Source: Eledone cirrhosa (taxonomy: Eukaryota). Taken from it: a stretch of DNA of 64,000 nucleotides. The position numbers were made by a program, and so were the translations under genes. Positions 1 through 11,651 of the stretch are shown in pieces (the first letter of the stretch is position 1; every line of letters starts with the position of its first letter). The stretch is from assembly GCA_964016885.1 (NCBI GenBank), contig OZ024743.1, positions 240,312,001 through 240,376,000 of the forward strand, read 5' to 3'. Under the pieces are notes generated by a model. That model saw only the letters and a list, made by a program, of their open reading frames with translations, did not search any database and had not been told where the DNA came from.

Positions 1-240
1 ACTTGAACTTCTCTGCCTGCTTCAGTGGAACTCAATTTACATGTAGAGTGCACTGCGCAGGCTTCCTTGAGAGGATGGGCGTTTCAGTTTTCGCAGCACC
101 AAATTTCAATCCATCCATGCAGCACTTGGCATCAAACCTATCAAGTGCAAGTCGAAAATCACCTTCTGTGGATTTAAGTAGCACCCTGTCGTCTGCAAAT
201 TCAAGTCGACTGATATTACACCTGCCAGTCATGATAACAC
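1..240 (-). mobile_element. Non-LTR retrotransposon (RTE-like) reverse transcriptase fragment
   Basis: Minus-strand translation ISRLEFADDRVLLKSTEGDFRLALDRFDAKCCMDGLKFGAAKTE matches the RT catalytic [Y/F]ADD motif and the downstream GL.I...KT motif of RTE-clade LINEs; cut by window edge. Confidence 0.8.
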
Positions 241-278
241 TCCAAACCGGCTGCGCATCTCAATCCTGTTCATGTAAA

Positions 279-468
279 TAATTGTTTCTACTTTTGGCAC
301 AAGGCCAGCAATTACCCAGTGTATTACTGGTACTTTATTTTATCGACCCCGTAAGGATGAAAGGCAAAGTTAACCTCGACGGGATTTGAACTCAGAATGG
401 CAAGGGCCGTAACTCTATGCGTCAAAGCATGGCGTCCGACCCTCTACCGATACTGCCAATCCACCGCC
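279..468 (-). mobile_element. tRNA-derived SINE family 1 (short subfamily), full length with TSD
   Basis: Minus strand starts GGCGGTGGATTGGCAGTATCGG (A-box-like), has GTTCAAATCCC (B box), body GCCTTTCATCCTTACGGGGTCGATAAAATAAAGTACCAG and an ATT tail; flanked by direct repeat TGTTCATGTAAATAA (267-281, 469-483). Confidence 0.9.
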
Positions 469-504
469 TGTTCATGTAAATAATAATTATATAAGTATAT
501 ATTA

Positions 505-600
505 TAAAGAGTCAGCTCTTGTCGTTTCAACAGCTAGTTCCGGACTGTTTGCCGAAGATCTTTGCGGTTTACTGGCTGTATCATCAGGGGTCTGCTTTGT
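505..600 (-). ncRNA. Degenerate type I hammerhead ribozyme, PLE pseudo-LTR family A (only copy retaining CUGAUGA)
   Basis: Minus strand: GACCC-CTGATGA(587-581)-t-ACAGCCAGT-loop-ACTAGCTGT-t-GAAAC(528-524). Stem III/cleavage region is deleted here but present in homologous copies at 18.2, 30.7, 34.0, 41.3 and 46.6 kb. Confidence 0.65.
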
Positions 601-780
601 CCAACTACATTATCAACACTTGCAATTGTAAATTCTCTTCATGTAAGTGTTAATTGTTTATATGGTTAGGGAGTGGGTGTGTAGATATCTAGCTTCGTGA
701 GTGTGAATATGCATGGTCAACTTGAGATAGAATAATCGTGAAGAGGGGCGGGGGGAATTATATTTATTGAAAATATATTA

Positions 781-814
<34 letters not shown>

Positions 815-838
815 GTGCGTGTGTGTGTGTGCGCGTGT
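781..838. repeat. (GT)n microsatellite
   Basis: Direct inspection. Confidence 0.95.
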
Positions 839-1718
839 CTGCCCCCTGGCATAGTTATCGCGACCTTCAGAATACAGGTCTTTAGAACTGGCGTCAGACC
901 TAGCAGTAGATCACTGAAATCAAAGAATTGTCCAAATTCACCGATTGGTGAATAAATGAACTTATGTTTTAGTTATCTAAAGAAAAAAAAGCAGCAACCA
1001 GCCGGTACTATTAATGTAAAATATAGTGGAATATTTTGGTTCAAGTTTATTTATTAGCAACTAAGGTAGCACTTAAATTACCTTAAATTACGGTTAGGAG
1101 TATAGATTTGATTTACTTAAAATATGGACATTCCGTGGAACAACGGGGTTAGTGGTGGTGATCATATTTCATGTAGAGAGAGAGAAAGAGAGAAAGAAAC
1201 GTACGTACCAACAAAACAATTCAACGGGACAGTGTGACAAGGCTGGCTATTTTACATTACAGACTACATTCCATGGGCTTCCAAACAGCTTTAGTCTAAC
1301 CAATTTTAATCACAAGGCATGGGTCAACCCAAGGCTATAGTAAATGAAACTTGCCCAAGATGCCATTCTCTGGGATGAAACATTGGATATAATACTACAA
1401 GTATATATCAACTTAGATTCTACTGATTTTGCCAGAATATTGTATATAAAGGCAGGAGTAATAGTTTTACATATGCACAAGGTCTTACGTTCCTGAAACG
1501 AGATGGGTAATTTATTTTATTGATTCCAGAAAAATAAAAAAAAGATAAAAAAGGTAAAGTCAACCCCAGATCATGCAGGAGTATAAATACCGCAATGCAT
1601 TTTGTCCACCACTCCATCGAAGATTTTGCTCCGCATACAATTGTAACAATGATTTACATTTAGTTGGGCGAGGAGCACTTCTACACGGGCCTTCAAATGT
1701 GCCACATAGGATACAAAC

Positions 1719-1869
1719 GATAATATAGAACCTAGTTATTCACCTAGGCATATGGAGACAAAGAGGATAATATAGAACCTAGTTATTCACCTAGGCATAT
1801 GGAGACAAAGAGGATAATATAGAACCTAGTTATTCACCTAGGCATATGGAGACAAAGAGGATAATATAG
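1719..1869. repeat. Perfect 47-bp tandem repeat, 3.2 copies
   Basis: GATAATATAGAACCTAGTTATTCACCTAGGCATATGGAGACAAAGAG starts at 1719, 1766 and 1813, partial at 1860; identical units with no spacers. Confidence 0.95.
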
Positions 1870-1929
1870 GACGTAATTGTTCATCCAGCCACGTTATTTT
1901 GATAAACTTGTCCCCTCACAACCCTTTAA

Positions 1930-2630
1930 CAATAATTTCTAACAAAAGCAGGAGATCAGAAATTTAAGGTATAGCCGATTAAATCGACCCTATTATGTAA
2001 TTAGGTACTTTATTTTATAGACGCCGGAAGTATGAAAGGCAAAGGGGACCTCGGCGAGATCTGAATTTAGAACTAAAAGATCCTTAACTAAATACAGCAA
2101 CTCAGTCCAACGCTCCGAAGATTCTGCTAAGCTATCACTATTAAATACTTTTCAAGTCACACATTTGAGAGAGAGGGAATAGTCAATCATATCGACCTCA
2201 GTGCGTGGCTGGTACTTTATCATGTCCGGAAGAATAAATGGGGAAATTAGCATTAGAAACATTTGAAACCAGAACTTGAAGAGTCTTAACTAACTACCGC
2301 AAGGCATTTTGTCCGACAATCTACCGATTCTGCCAATACTATGCCTTCACAGGTGTAATATCTGTTTAGTTCTTAAATCCTCATGGAGTCAGTGGAGCGC
2401 TTGGGCACTTAAACCTAGCGGAGCCCATTCCTTTCCAGGAAAGATATGGAGGGGGAGTGTGTATGACAGAGAGAGAGAAGACTCGACCAAAGTATTGGCC
2501 AAATACTATATCGACCTCGAAAGGATGAAAGGCGTAAATAACCTCAGCGGAATTCGAACAGAGCACAAAGAGCCGGATGAGCAGTGTAAAGCATTCTATC
2601 CGATGCCTTAAAAACACTACCAATTCGCCA
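1930..2630 (-). mobile_element. Three diverged SINE family 1 copies
   Basis: Recurring plus-strand GGTACTTTATTTTAT..GAC...GAAGGATGAAAGGC...ATTTGAAC motifs near 2000, 2210 and 2510. Confidence 0.7.
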
Positions 2631-3714
2631 TTTAGATTTAATATAGTCTTAAAGAAAAAAAAAGCTGATTCAACTTTACTAAGGTTTGTTATTTTTCTTA
2701 CTGCTTTTGGTTTGTTATTTTTGTGGTTTTTGTTTTTTTCAGCGACAGCAGGCATATGAGCCACCGTCATAATATCGATCTTTCACTATCAATTGATTAT
2801 CACTTTGCTTCTATTAACTCTTTTTCACTGATTTTTGCCCCCTACCTCTCTTTCTCTCTCTCTCTCAGCTCTATTTATTACAACGATAGATTCTTTTCAT
2901 AGCCAGTTTGTGTTGTATATAGACCAAAGCTCTAGACAGCTGTAAACCTGCCACAACGAATGCTCATTAATTCCACACATACAAATTAGAATCGAAGTAA
3001 TATAAACACACACACACACACATATATAACACACATAACATACATACATGGTTTTTTTTTTTCTAGCGTGGCTTGCTGTGATGACTTGGTGAGATTTTGT
3101 AATTGTTTCTCAACCATAAAGCCTATTATTATTATTATTACGTTCTTTAATAACAAAAATTGAACAATAATGCAGAACAACTACATTGTTTTCGATGTTT
3201 AAGTGCTGTGGTCAAAACAATTGTAAGAAGTTCGCTTTTTCTTTTGTATTTTGTTGATGTTTTTTTTTCTTTGAAATCAGTGTGGGCTGGCTTTTATTTT
3301 GTTAGGTTTTTTGGTATACATTTGGGTTATTTTGTATTCTATTATTGCTGCTTTTTAAAAATCACTTCTAAATACACTGATTCATATATCTATGAATTAT
3401 ACATCTAAATTTGATGAATCGTAAATCTAAATGCACTAATGTATTGTACACCTACATTGAATGAATAGCGTGTGTCTGCGTTAGGTATTACCTACATTCA
3501 CCCAGATGTGGTTATCTCAGCCTTCCAGATGCAATGAAACGTATCACGGCGTGGATGTCTACCTTCAATTATGGAATTGCTCACAATCATTATAAGTGCT
3601 CACTGCTAGATGTAACTACCATTCCGTTCTAGACGTTGTACATCACTCTACTCCATTTGATATGAAACATTTAGATTTAGTGCAATGATCCTAACGAGAT
3701 GTATTCATTGTTAG

Positions 3715-4040
3715 TATGTGACTTAGTGGTTATGAGTTATAGGCTAGCAATCGCAAGTTTGGGAGTTCGATTTCCGGCAATGAGTTAGGTCCTTGGGCAA
3801 GACAATTTCACGTTGTTCCAATAAACTTCCCTAGAAAAAACGAGCTGTAATTCATATGGGCACTCAGATGGAAAAATTGGTTTTGCTTGTAATTCAAAGG
3901 GCTAGCCTTGTCACATACTGTGTCACATTGAATCTTCTTGAGAACTACGTCAAGGGTACACGGGTCTGTAGAACGCGAAGCTATTTGCACATCAATTTCA
4001 CGAGAAGGCTGTTCGCTGGTCAAACAACTGAAACGTATCA
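3715..4040 (+). mobile_element. SINE family 3 (tRNA head, CTTGGGCAAG core, TCAAAGGGCCAGCCTTGTCACA body)
   Basis: A/B-box-like head; body shared with copies near 1220-1380(-), 4600-4830, 12150-12490, 25790-26060(-) and 50480-50750(-). Confidence 0.7.
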
Positions 4041-4099
4041 TTATAATCAACAGAGACCCAATATAAGTGTTAGTCGACAAATGAAATTTTGTTTCCCCC

Positions 4100-4485
4100 A
4101 CAGTGGAGACTTCTGGTGTCCTTCACCCTAGGACCACCTCTCTGATCACCACTATCGGCACAGAGTTGGTTTCCCGCAGGTGTGAGCCTTACGATCTGGA
4201 ATGACTCTTCCAGTGCGTCTCCTTCGCCATCCTCCGGGGAAACGCCTTCTTTATTCTGTCTGCCGGGGTCGCGGGGCGGCCAGTCCTCCGCGGTCACGCA
4301 GCAGCCAGCGCGTGGGTCCCCATTTGCTCGCAATAGCGAGAGATGAGGAGAGACGTAAGAGGCGACAGTGGGAGTTTGGTTCTTTTGTGTTCGAACCTGG
4401 TGTATATATATATGTGTATATGGGAGAGAATAAATAACAGTTTAATAATGAGAGAGTTATATTTTCTAATCATTCCATTTACAGT
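4100..4485 (+). mobile_element. GC/CpG-rich LTR-like insert
   Basis: Sharp GC island in AT-rich background, followed by a TATA-like run and AATAAA (~4428); TG...CA termini and TSD not convincingly located. Confidence 0.35.
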
Positions 4486-4935
4486 TATATGATTATTTTA
4501 AGACTCCAGTTATAATCTAGTGATCAATCCTGTTGAGATATAGTATAGCCATTACACAGTAACTATCCAGAAATTTAACATCGCCAAAAGATTTTTGCTT
4601 TTATGGGGTTCTAGTTTCGATCCCTCTACATGGCATCTTAGGCAGATGTCATCTACCATAGGCTTAGGTCACCCTCATTCTGTGAGTAAATTTGTGTAGA
4701 CAGAAATTATGTAGAAGTCTATCAGATGGGCTGTATCAGTAATTCAAAAGGCCAGCCTTGTCACATACAGTCACACTGAATCTTTCCGTGAAATATGTTA
4801 AAGGAGCAAAAGTTTCTGCAGAACAAATGGTACACTCATCAAAATCGACGTAGTTCCATTTACGTTTTTATCCCCACCTCAGAAACACTCTCAATGTCCT
4901 CTCTCTATCTCGTTATATATATATATATAAATATA

Positions 4936-5571
4936 AATAAAATGGCGAGCTGTGTAGTTGCAATTAAGTATAATGAAAAATAAAAGTTACGGGCGCAAGA
5001 GGGGAATATCCATCGTCAGTTGTCTGCTAGGAATCATAGGTATTTCTTCGCGTTAGAGACAAGATACCTCAGCCTAGGGCGAACAATAACTAAAATAAGT
5101 TATTGGGATAAAAAAGGTGGAGGGAGAAAAACATGCAAACAGACACAAAGTTTGAAGCAACGTAAAGTGAGGAAAATAGGAAAATATCAGTCAACAACTC
5201 ATTTCGAACGTAAGAACAGGCGAATTTGACGAGAGAAAAAAAACACGTCTTCACTGTAGCCGTGTGAGCGAGAGAAGAGACTGCTTACAGTGGCGGACGA
5301 ATGAGGAAGTGAGCTAACAGAGAGGGAGTGAGGGAAAGTAAGAGGAAGCAAGAAAGAGATACTTATAGTGGCAGGATAGCCGAGAGACGGTGACTAGCAG
5401 AAGGGTGAGCGAAAGTGAGAGGGAGAGAGAAAAGAGATGGGTCACAGCGGAGAAGGAAGCTTATATGAATAAAATAGCGAGCTGTGTGGTTGCATATAAG
5501 TATAATGAAAAATAAAAGTTACGGGCGAAAGAGGGTAATATCCATCGTCAGTTGTCTGCTAGGAATCATAG
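4936..5571 (-). mobile_element. Non-coding element family B with ~104-bp direct terminal repeat (partial-tandem, PLE-like), in (TA)n
   Basis: 4936-5039 is repeated at 5468-5571 (period 532 bp); both ends abut (TA)n; homologous copy in opposite orientation at ~30780-31262. Confidence 0.7.
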
Positions 5572-5717
5572 ATATATATATATATATATATATATTGTTG
5601 AAGATGTTTATTATAATCATAGATAATGTAGTGGAATGGTTTTGTTGTGAAAATTATTGGGTTCCAAACACTTTATTTTAAAAGAATTCAAAGCTACGAA
5701 TATTGCTACCAACATTT

Positions 5718-6057
5718 AAAGTAAAGGTCAAGACCCCCTTCGGTCATGAATGACCATGGGATTTGCACCTAGAAAGTTTTCCTCCCAGACACAAGTCCAG
5801 GCAAGGTTGTTTGTGAAAGACCAGCAGTCGCCCATGCATACCAGCCTCCTCTCTCCACGCCACCGATGAGGGGGGAAAGGCAATGGCCGATAGAGCTAGG
5901 CACCAGTGACGTCGCAACTCATTTATACAGCTGAGTAAACTGGAGCAACGTGAAATAAAGTGTCTTGCTCAAGGACACAACGCATCATCCGGTCCGAGAA
6001 TCGAACTGACAACCTTCTGATTGCAAGTCCAATGCTCTAACCACTAAGCCATGCGCC
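5718..6057 (-). mobile_element. SINE family 2 (tRNA head, TGTGTCCTTGAGCAAGACAC core, LINE-like 3' tail)
   Basis: Minus strand GGCGCATGGCTTAGTGGTTAGAGC...GTTCGATTC; related copies at 24540-24675(-), 31700-31977(-), 34640-34955(+) and 45697-45810(+); approximate TSD CAA(C/T)ATTTAAA. Confidence 0.85.
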
Positions 6058-6726
6058 TTCGCAATATTTAAAATAAACAGCTATAACCATAGTGGTGGTG
6101 TAATTGTATATTAGAGATAATGGTATGTCAGGTTTTGTCAGTGTGGTTGGTGGTATTGGTTCTTATGTATGGATACATATTGACATATTTAGAGTAAGCT
6201 GTTTATTTTAATCGTGGTCATGTTATTGAATGGTTATTGTTATCAAAATTAGGGTGTTCCAAACACTTTCTAAAATCAATTTAAAATCATCTGCTTATCA
6301 AAGATCCCAGATTTTGTATATTCTGCCCAATCTTAGCAATCGGTTATTTTTATGAGAAAGGTTTCGTCTTGGATTGAATACAATAAGCGACGTCCACTTG
6401 ATATTAAATGTTTAGTTGCAAATTATTAAGAATGATTGGAAGCCTGTCTGGCTGTGTCTGTTAATCCAAAAGACCAGGCTAGTTACACACTGTGTCGCGA
6501 TAAATCTCTGAGAATTGAATTAAGGGTACTTGTATTCGAACAACTAGAACATTAATTCGCTCACAGTCGAAACTGACTGAAGTCCATTCTAGTTTGAACA
6601 ATTTGATTTTTTAAAAATTGTTTTGTCAGTGGTGGCTAAAGTAGCATTAAATACATGTCTATATCAGCAATTTGGTAATTTAAAAATGTTTTTATTACAC
6701 ACGTCTTGGAACTGGTGCTATGTAAT

Positions 6727-7711
6727 TCTCGGGTGGTGGAACCACGGAAAATAATTCACGGAAAGTAATTTACGACGGTTTTAAAGGTCATACTCGTTCA
6801 AAAGATTTTAAAAATCACAGGAAAAACAAATTTCACTTTCAAAATTCAAAATATTTACTAAATCTATCAACTAACTACCCCTAATATTAAGAATAAAACA
6901 GTCCCTTACAACCGCTTTCGGAACGGGTGTAATAATAATTACTTGCTAATAATTTAATGCATAGTTTTGTTTTCTATTGTGGAATATTCCTCAGTTATTG
7001 TTTTTTCTTTGCAGTAAATGTTGTTTTCTTGGGATTTTGCCAATAGCTTATTCTATAATTTATTCGCCAACCAATTAGACGGTAAAAGAGTCATTTTGCC
7101 CATATAAAAACCTATGTTCACTTGCCATTTATTTTGAGGTGTCAACAGTTTCAACACTTGCAGCACAACTGTACCAGGTCACAGAGTGTGCAAAAAATAT
7201 TTTCCATATCAGCAAGTCAAACATTTTGTTTTGTTTTTTTGTATTTTGGGTAAACTTTTATTGTTATATCCGTCTCGTTTGAGACGGCTTGTGCTTTCGA
7301 AAAAACGTCTTAGAATATCGGGACTTACTTAAAGGGCATAAAATAATTCTTTTTACTTTGGCACAAGGCCAGCAATTATCCAGTACATTACTGGTACTTT
7401 ATTTTATCGACCCCGTAAGGATGAAAGGCAAAGTTAACCTTGGCGGGATTTGAACTCAGACCATAAAGGGCCGTAACTCGTTGCTGCAAAGCATGGCGTC
7501 CGACCCTCTACCGATACTGCCAATCCAAAAATAATATTCGAAAAAGAGACGGGTGTAACAGTAATTTTGTGTAATTTTAAGATGATAGGTTTGGTTCAAA
7601 TTTCGAGGGTGAAATTTATGTTTTTCCTACGAATTTTTAATGTTTTGAACGAATATAGCCTTCAAAACCATCTTAAATTATTTGTTTTCTGTGGTTCACC
7701 CACCCGAGAAT
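6727..7711. mobile_element. Diverged ~140-bp inverted repeat pair (DNA-transposon remnant) with nested SINE
   Basis: 6727-6870 (TTCTCGGGTGG...TCGTTCAAAA...AGGAAAAACAAATTTCAC) is the diverged reverse complement of ~7586-7711; SINE1 at 7343-7527 lies inside. Confidence 0.6.
7343..7527 (-). mobile_element. SINE family 1 short subfamily
   Basis: Near-identical to 279-468; short TSD AAAATAAT. Confidence 0.9.
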
Positions 7712-8759
7712 ACTCAGTTCCCAACAGAGTGTCCCCAACTGATGGCAATAGGAAGGGTTAACTAGGAAAGGAATAAATTCAGGTGGTTTTGAAGGTGAGA
7801 TTACTTCAAAACGCGTCAAAATCCATAATAAAACAAATTTCACCCCCACAGGTGTAATAATGAACATTCCACGAGATTTTAATTGCTTAAATGATATATC
7901 CGTTATGTAAATGTTTCAGTTTCGTTCAACATATGCTACCAGATGAAGTCACTTGCCAAAAAAAAAAAAACAATTTCGAAATATTTATGAACATTTTATC
8001 AAGTATTTCAAGAGGAAAACATTATATCTTCGCGAACTTTTCAAACGTACAACACGAGGCATATGATGTTGATAGTGTTTTTACTAATACTATATAGATT
8101 GTAAAATTCGGCTTTCTCAGGCCTCACTTCAACAAAATTGAATGTTGTTAATATCAGAATAACGAGGAAGTGTTTCAACCATCAAATCATGACATTGAAA
8201 TGCAGTCAAAATAAATATTTACTTCAGCTCGCAAGCCCAGGATTTGAAAATATTTATCTTGCTCAGATATAGTTGATTGGCCTGTATGTGCGGCACGTTG
8301 GTCAATTATCTCCTATCAATGCCTTGGGGGGGGGGGGGAGATTTGCTGAACAGAAACATTGGGAAGGCTATTTGATTGCCTGTTCATATTGTTCAACGCA
8401 CCATATAACACCAGCAGGTTGGCTATGTTTAACAGATACAATTCTATGGCATTCTCCATTCTGAAATTGATTGAAAAGTGTCATAGCCGGATCTTTCCCT
8501 TGTTTGACTAAAACAATAAGAATTAATCTTTCATTAACACAACTATATCAAACAAGACATGGGTTCGGTATTCAATACGGTCCCAATCTCTTATGTTTAT
8601 ATTTTTTACTCTCCTGTCAAATAATTCGACAAAAGCACACCACCAAAAATAAAAAAAGAAAGATCTCCCCCACACACCAGGGGTTCAAAAGGTGGGAGAA
8701 GGGATGGAAAACTGTGTCGTTCCTTAGAGATGAAAACATTTGTTGTTTCAATGTAAAAA

Positions 8760-9500
8760 ATATTGTAGTGGGATATAGAGAGGGAGAGAAAATTTGGTAG
8801 CCTAGTGATAAGGGGAATTGTGAGAGAGAGAGAGTGAGGTATGTAGTGGGATATAGAGAGCGGCGGAGAATTTGTTGGTTTAGTGAGAGGGTATTGTGAG
8901 AGTGAGAGAGAGTGGGGTATGTAGTGGACTATAGAAAGGGGGAGAGAATTTGTGGGTCTTATAAGAGAGAAGGAATTATGAGAGAGAGTAATGTATGTAG
9001 TAGGATATAGAGAGGGGGAAATAGATTGGTGGTTTAGTGAGAGAGAGGCATGTAGTGAGATATAGAGACGTGGAGAGAATTTGTTAGTCTAGTGAGAGAG
9101 AGTGAAGTGTGTAGTGGAATATATATCCCACTACATACAGAGGGATGAAACTTTATTAGCCTAGTGAGAGAGGGGGGAGTTAAGAGAGTAAAAGAGAGTT
9201 AGCTATGTAGTGGAATATAGAGAGGGGGAGAGAATTTGTTTGTCTAGTGAGAGAGGGGGAATTGTGAGAGAGAGTGAGGTATGTAGTGGGATATAGAGTG
9301 TTTGGTGGTTTAATGAGAGAGGGAGATTTTTTGTGGTTTATTGTGAGAGTGAGAGAGAGTGAGGTATGTAGTGGAATATAGAGAGAGGCAGAGAGTTTGG
9401 TGGTTCAGTGAAAGAGCGGGAATGTTGGTTTAGTGAGAGAGAGAGTGAGGCATGTAGCGGTATGTAGAGAGGGTGGGAAAGGTAATATTTTGAGAGAGTG
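8760..9500. repeat. Degenerate purine-rich minisatellite (~60-80 bp unit, about 10 copies)
   Basis: Recurrent GTATGTAGTGGGATATAGAGAG...GAATTTG...TAGTGAGAGAG. Confidence 0.85.
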
Positions 9501-9569
9501 ACAAAATAATTGTAGAAGGTAAGAAAAAAGTTTTAGTATTGGGTTTCACAGTAAAGTGGCTGGGTATAT

Positions 9570-9905
9570 GAGTGTGTGTGTTTATATATGTGTGTGTATA
9601 TATATATACGTGTGTGTGTGTATATATATATATATGTGTGTGTGTGCGTGTTTATACATATGTGTGCGTGTGTGTATGTTTCTATATATGTGAGTATGTT
9701 TGTTTATATGTATGTGTGTTTGATTATATGTATGTGTGTGTGATTATATGCATGTGTGTGTATGTTTATATATATTTTGTCTGTGTGTTTGTGGCGTATA
9801 TATATATATATATATATGTGTGAGTGTGTGTTTACATATATATGTGTGTGTGGGTGTGTTTATTTATATATATGTGTGTGTTTATATATATGTGTGTGTG
9901 TGTGT

Positions 9906-9936
<31 letters not shown>

Positions 9937-10010
9937 CGTGTGTGTTTATATATATATATCTGTGTGTGTTTATATGTATGTATGTGTGTGCCTGTATGCT
10001 TGTATATGTT
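9570..10010. repeat. Compound (TG)/(TA) microsatellite
   Basis: Direct inspection. Confidence 0.95.
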
Positions 10011-10270
10011 GTAGTAGTATATAGATTGTAATATAAAGTCATATTTATCAAATTTTAATATAAAAGTCTATCTAACATATTATACCGTAAATTAGTGTAG
10101 CAACACTGATTAAAATGTCATGCGATATTTATGCCGGCATCTTGCATACGGAGTTCAGATGCTGTCACGATCAACTCTACCTATCAGCCTTCAGGGACTG
10201 ATAAATGAAATACTAGTATTTGTTCCGGTTCTATTTATATATTCCAAGTTGAAACACTACTAAGGCTTAC

Positions 10271-10503
10271 TTGGATAGTTGACTTAATCTGAATGCCGCC
10301 TTGTTTGACACCAATACTCGATGCTTGGGTGCATTTATCGACCTCCTATCTGTTGGAAACATTCGTGCCAAGCCTGAGGCTTGAGGATATCTACTTCCCT
10401 TCATCAGTTTAATGCCTTGAAAAAACAAGATGGTGATAGCCACAGCTTTTCCTTTCTGATTGATAAACAAACCATTCATTTCATTTCTGTCGAAAGATTT
10501 TAC
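10271..10503 (-). CDS. Candidate internal exon, unknown product
   Basis: Acceptor ...CTAATATTTCAG| and donor CAA|GTAAGC bound 233 bp of non-repetitive sequence open in phase 0 (VKSFDRNEMNGLFINQKGKAVAITILFFQGIKLMKGSRYPQASGLARMFPTDRRSINAPKHRVLVSNKAAFRLSQLS); no recognised domain. Confidence 0.35.
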
Positions 10504-10555
10504 CTGAAATATTAGAATTCTCTTCCTCCTCGCAGCATTAAATAAAGTCTACTGT

Positions 10556-10900
10556 TTAAACCTTTTGTTAACATATTTTTAATGAAAGACACTGCCTATG
10601 CCATTAACCCTTTCGTTACCATATTTCTTAAGAAAGACAATGCCTATATCATTACCTCTTTCGTTACTATATTTCTAATAAAAGAAGCTTGCTATGATTA
10701 TTTAAAAACGAATGAACATAATCAAGAATTGGGGAGATATAATATAATTTACATTCTCATTATTAACTTTGCGTTTGGAGTATAATTTGACATAAAATTA
10801 TAATGGGAGGTTTTTAGATAAATATAATTACTTCAAACCAAACATTATTATATTTTAGACCTAGTTGTGATTACTGGTGGTTTGGTATGAAAAGGGTTAA
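10556..10900. mobile_element. piggyBac-type (TTAA) MITE with triplicated left end
   Basis: TTAA|CCCTTTCGTTACC at 10604 and GGTATGAAAAGGG|TTAA ending 10900; 48-bp left-end unit at 10556, 10604 and 10652; related right end at ~48260-48454. Confidence 0.65.
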
Positions 10901-11387
10901 ACTTTTTGATTTACCTTATTTTTTACTGATGCAGTCCATTGCCAATTTCTTCAAAATCTATCTACTGTTTAGCTAAAATGCTTAGTTTGTTTCAGTTTAT
11001 TTCAATGACATAAAGCAGAATCTTCTTAATGCTTCACGGCTGAGTAGATTTGTGGTTGGAAGGGCATCCACTTTAAAACCAATTGTTTCAACTAAAGCAA
11101 AAACAAAAGAATGAAAACATCCCACCAATACCAAGCTGTGAAAAAAGGATACACACGCACAAACTCTCTCTCTCTCTCTCTCACTGTCTGTCAATCTATC
11201 TATCTATCTGTCTATCTCCCAGGTAAGCGATCGATCTTCTGTAGGGATGGCGATCTGTTCTGTCGTGCCAAGTGCATTTAACCAAACAATGTATTGTCTT
11301 CAATGTGACGCTCTTCATCAAATATTTATAAGGAAGGAATAAGTGAACTCGTGGTGTGGAATATATACATTTACCACAGATCAAAAG

Positions 11388-11433
11388 ATATATATATATA
11401 TATATATGCATGCATATATGTATATATGTATAC

Positions 11434-11492
<59 letters not shown>

Positions 11493-11565
11493 CAGTACTT
11501 ACGTATACATATATATACAACACATACACTATATATCTACATATATATATGTGTGTGTATATATT

Positions 11566-11649
<84 letters not shown>
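11388..11649. repeat. (TA)n/(GT)n microsatellite
   Basis: Direct inspection. Confidence 0.95.

Positions 11650-11651
<2 letters not shown>

Noticed and set aside
279-468. tRNA genes
   Set aside because: A/B boxes belong to SINE heads; no complete cloverleaf found anywhere in the window.
1719-1869. CRISPR-like array
   Set aside because: Contiguous identical units with no spacers, no cas genes, eukaryotic context; the same applies to the 24.2, 26.4 and 28.4 kb arrays.
4070-4437. GC-rich ORFs of 87 aa (-) and 78 aa (+)
   Set aside because: Expected by chance in GC-rich sequence; no motifs or splice support.
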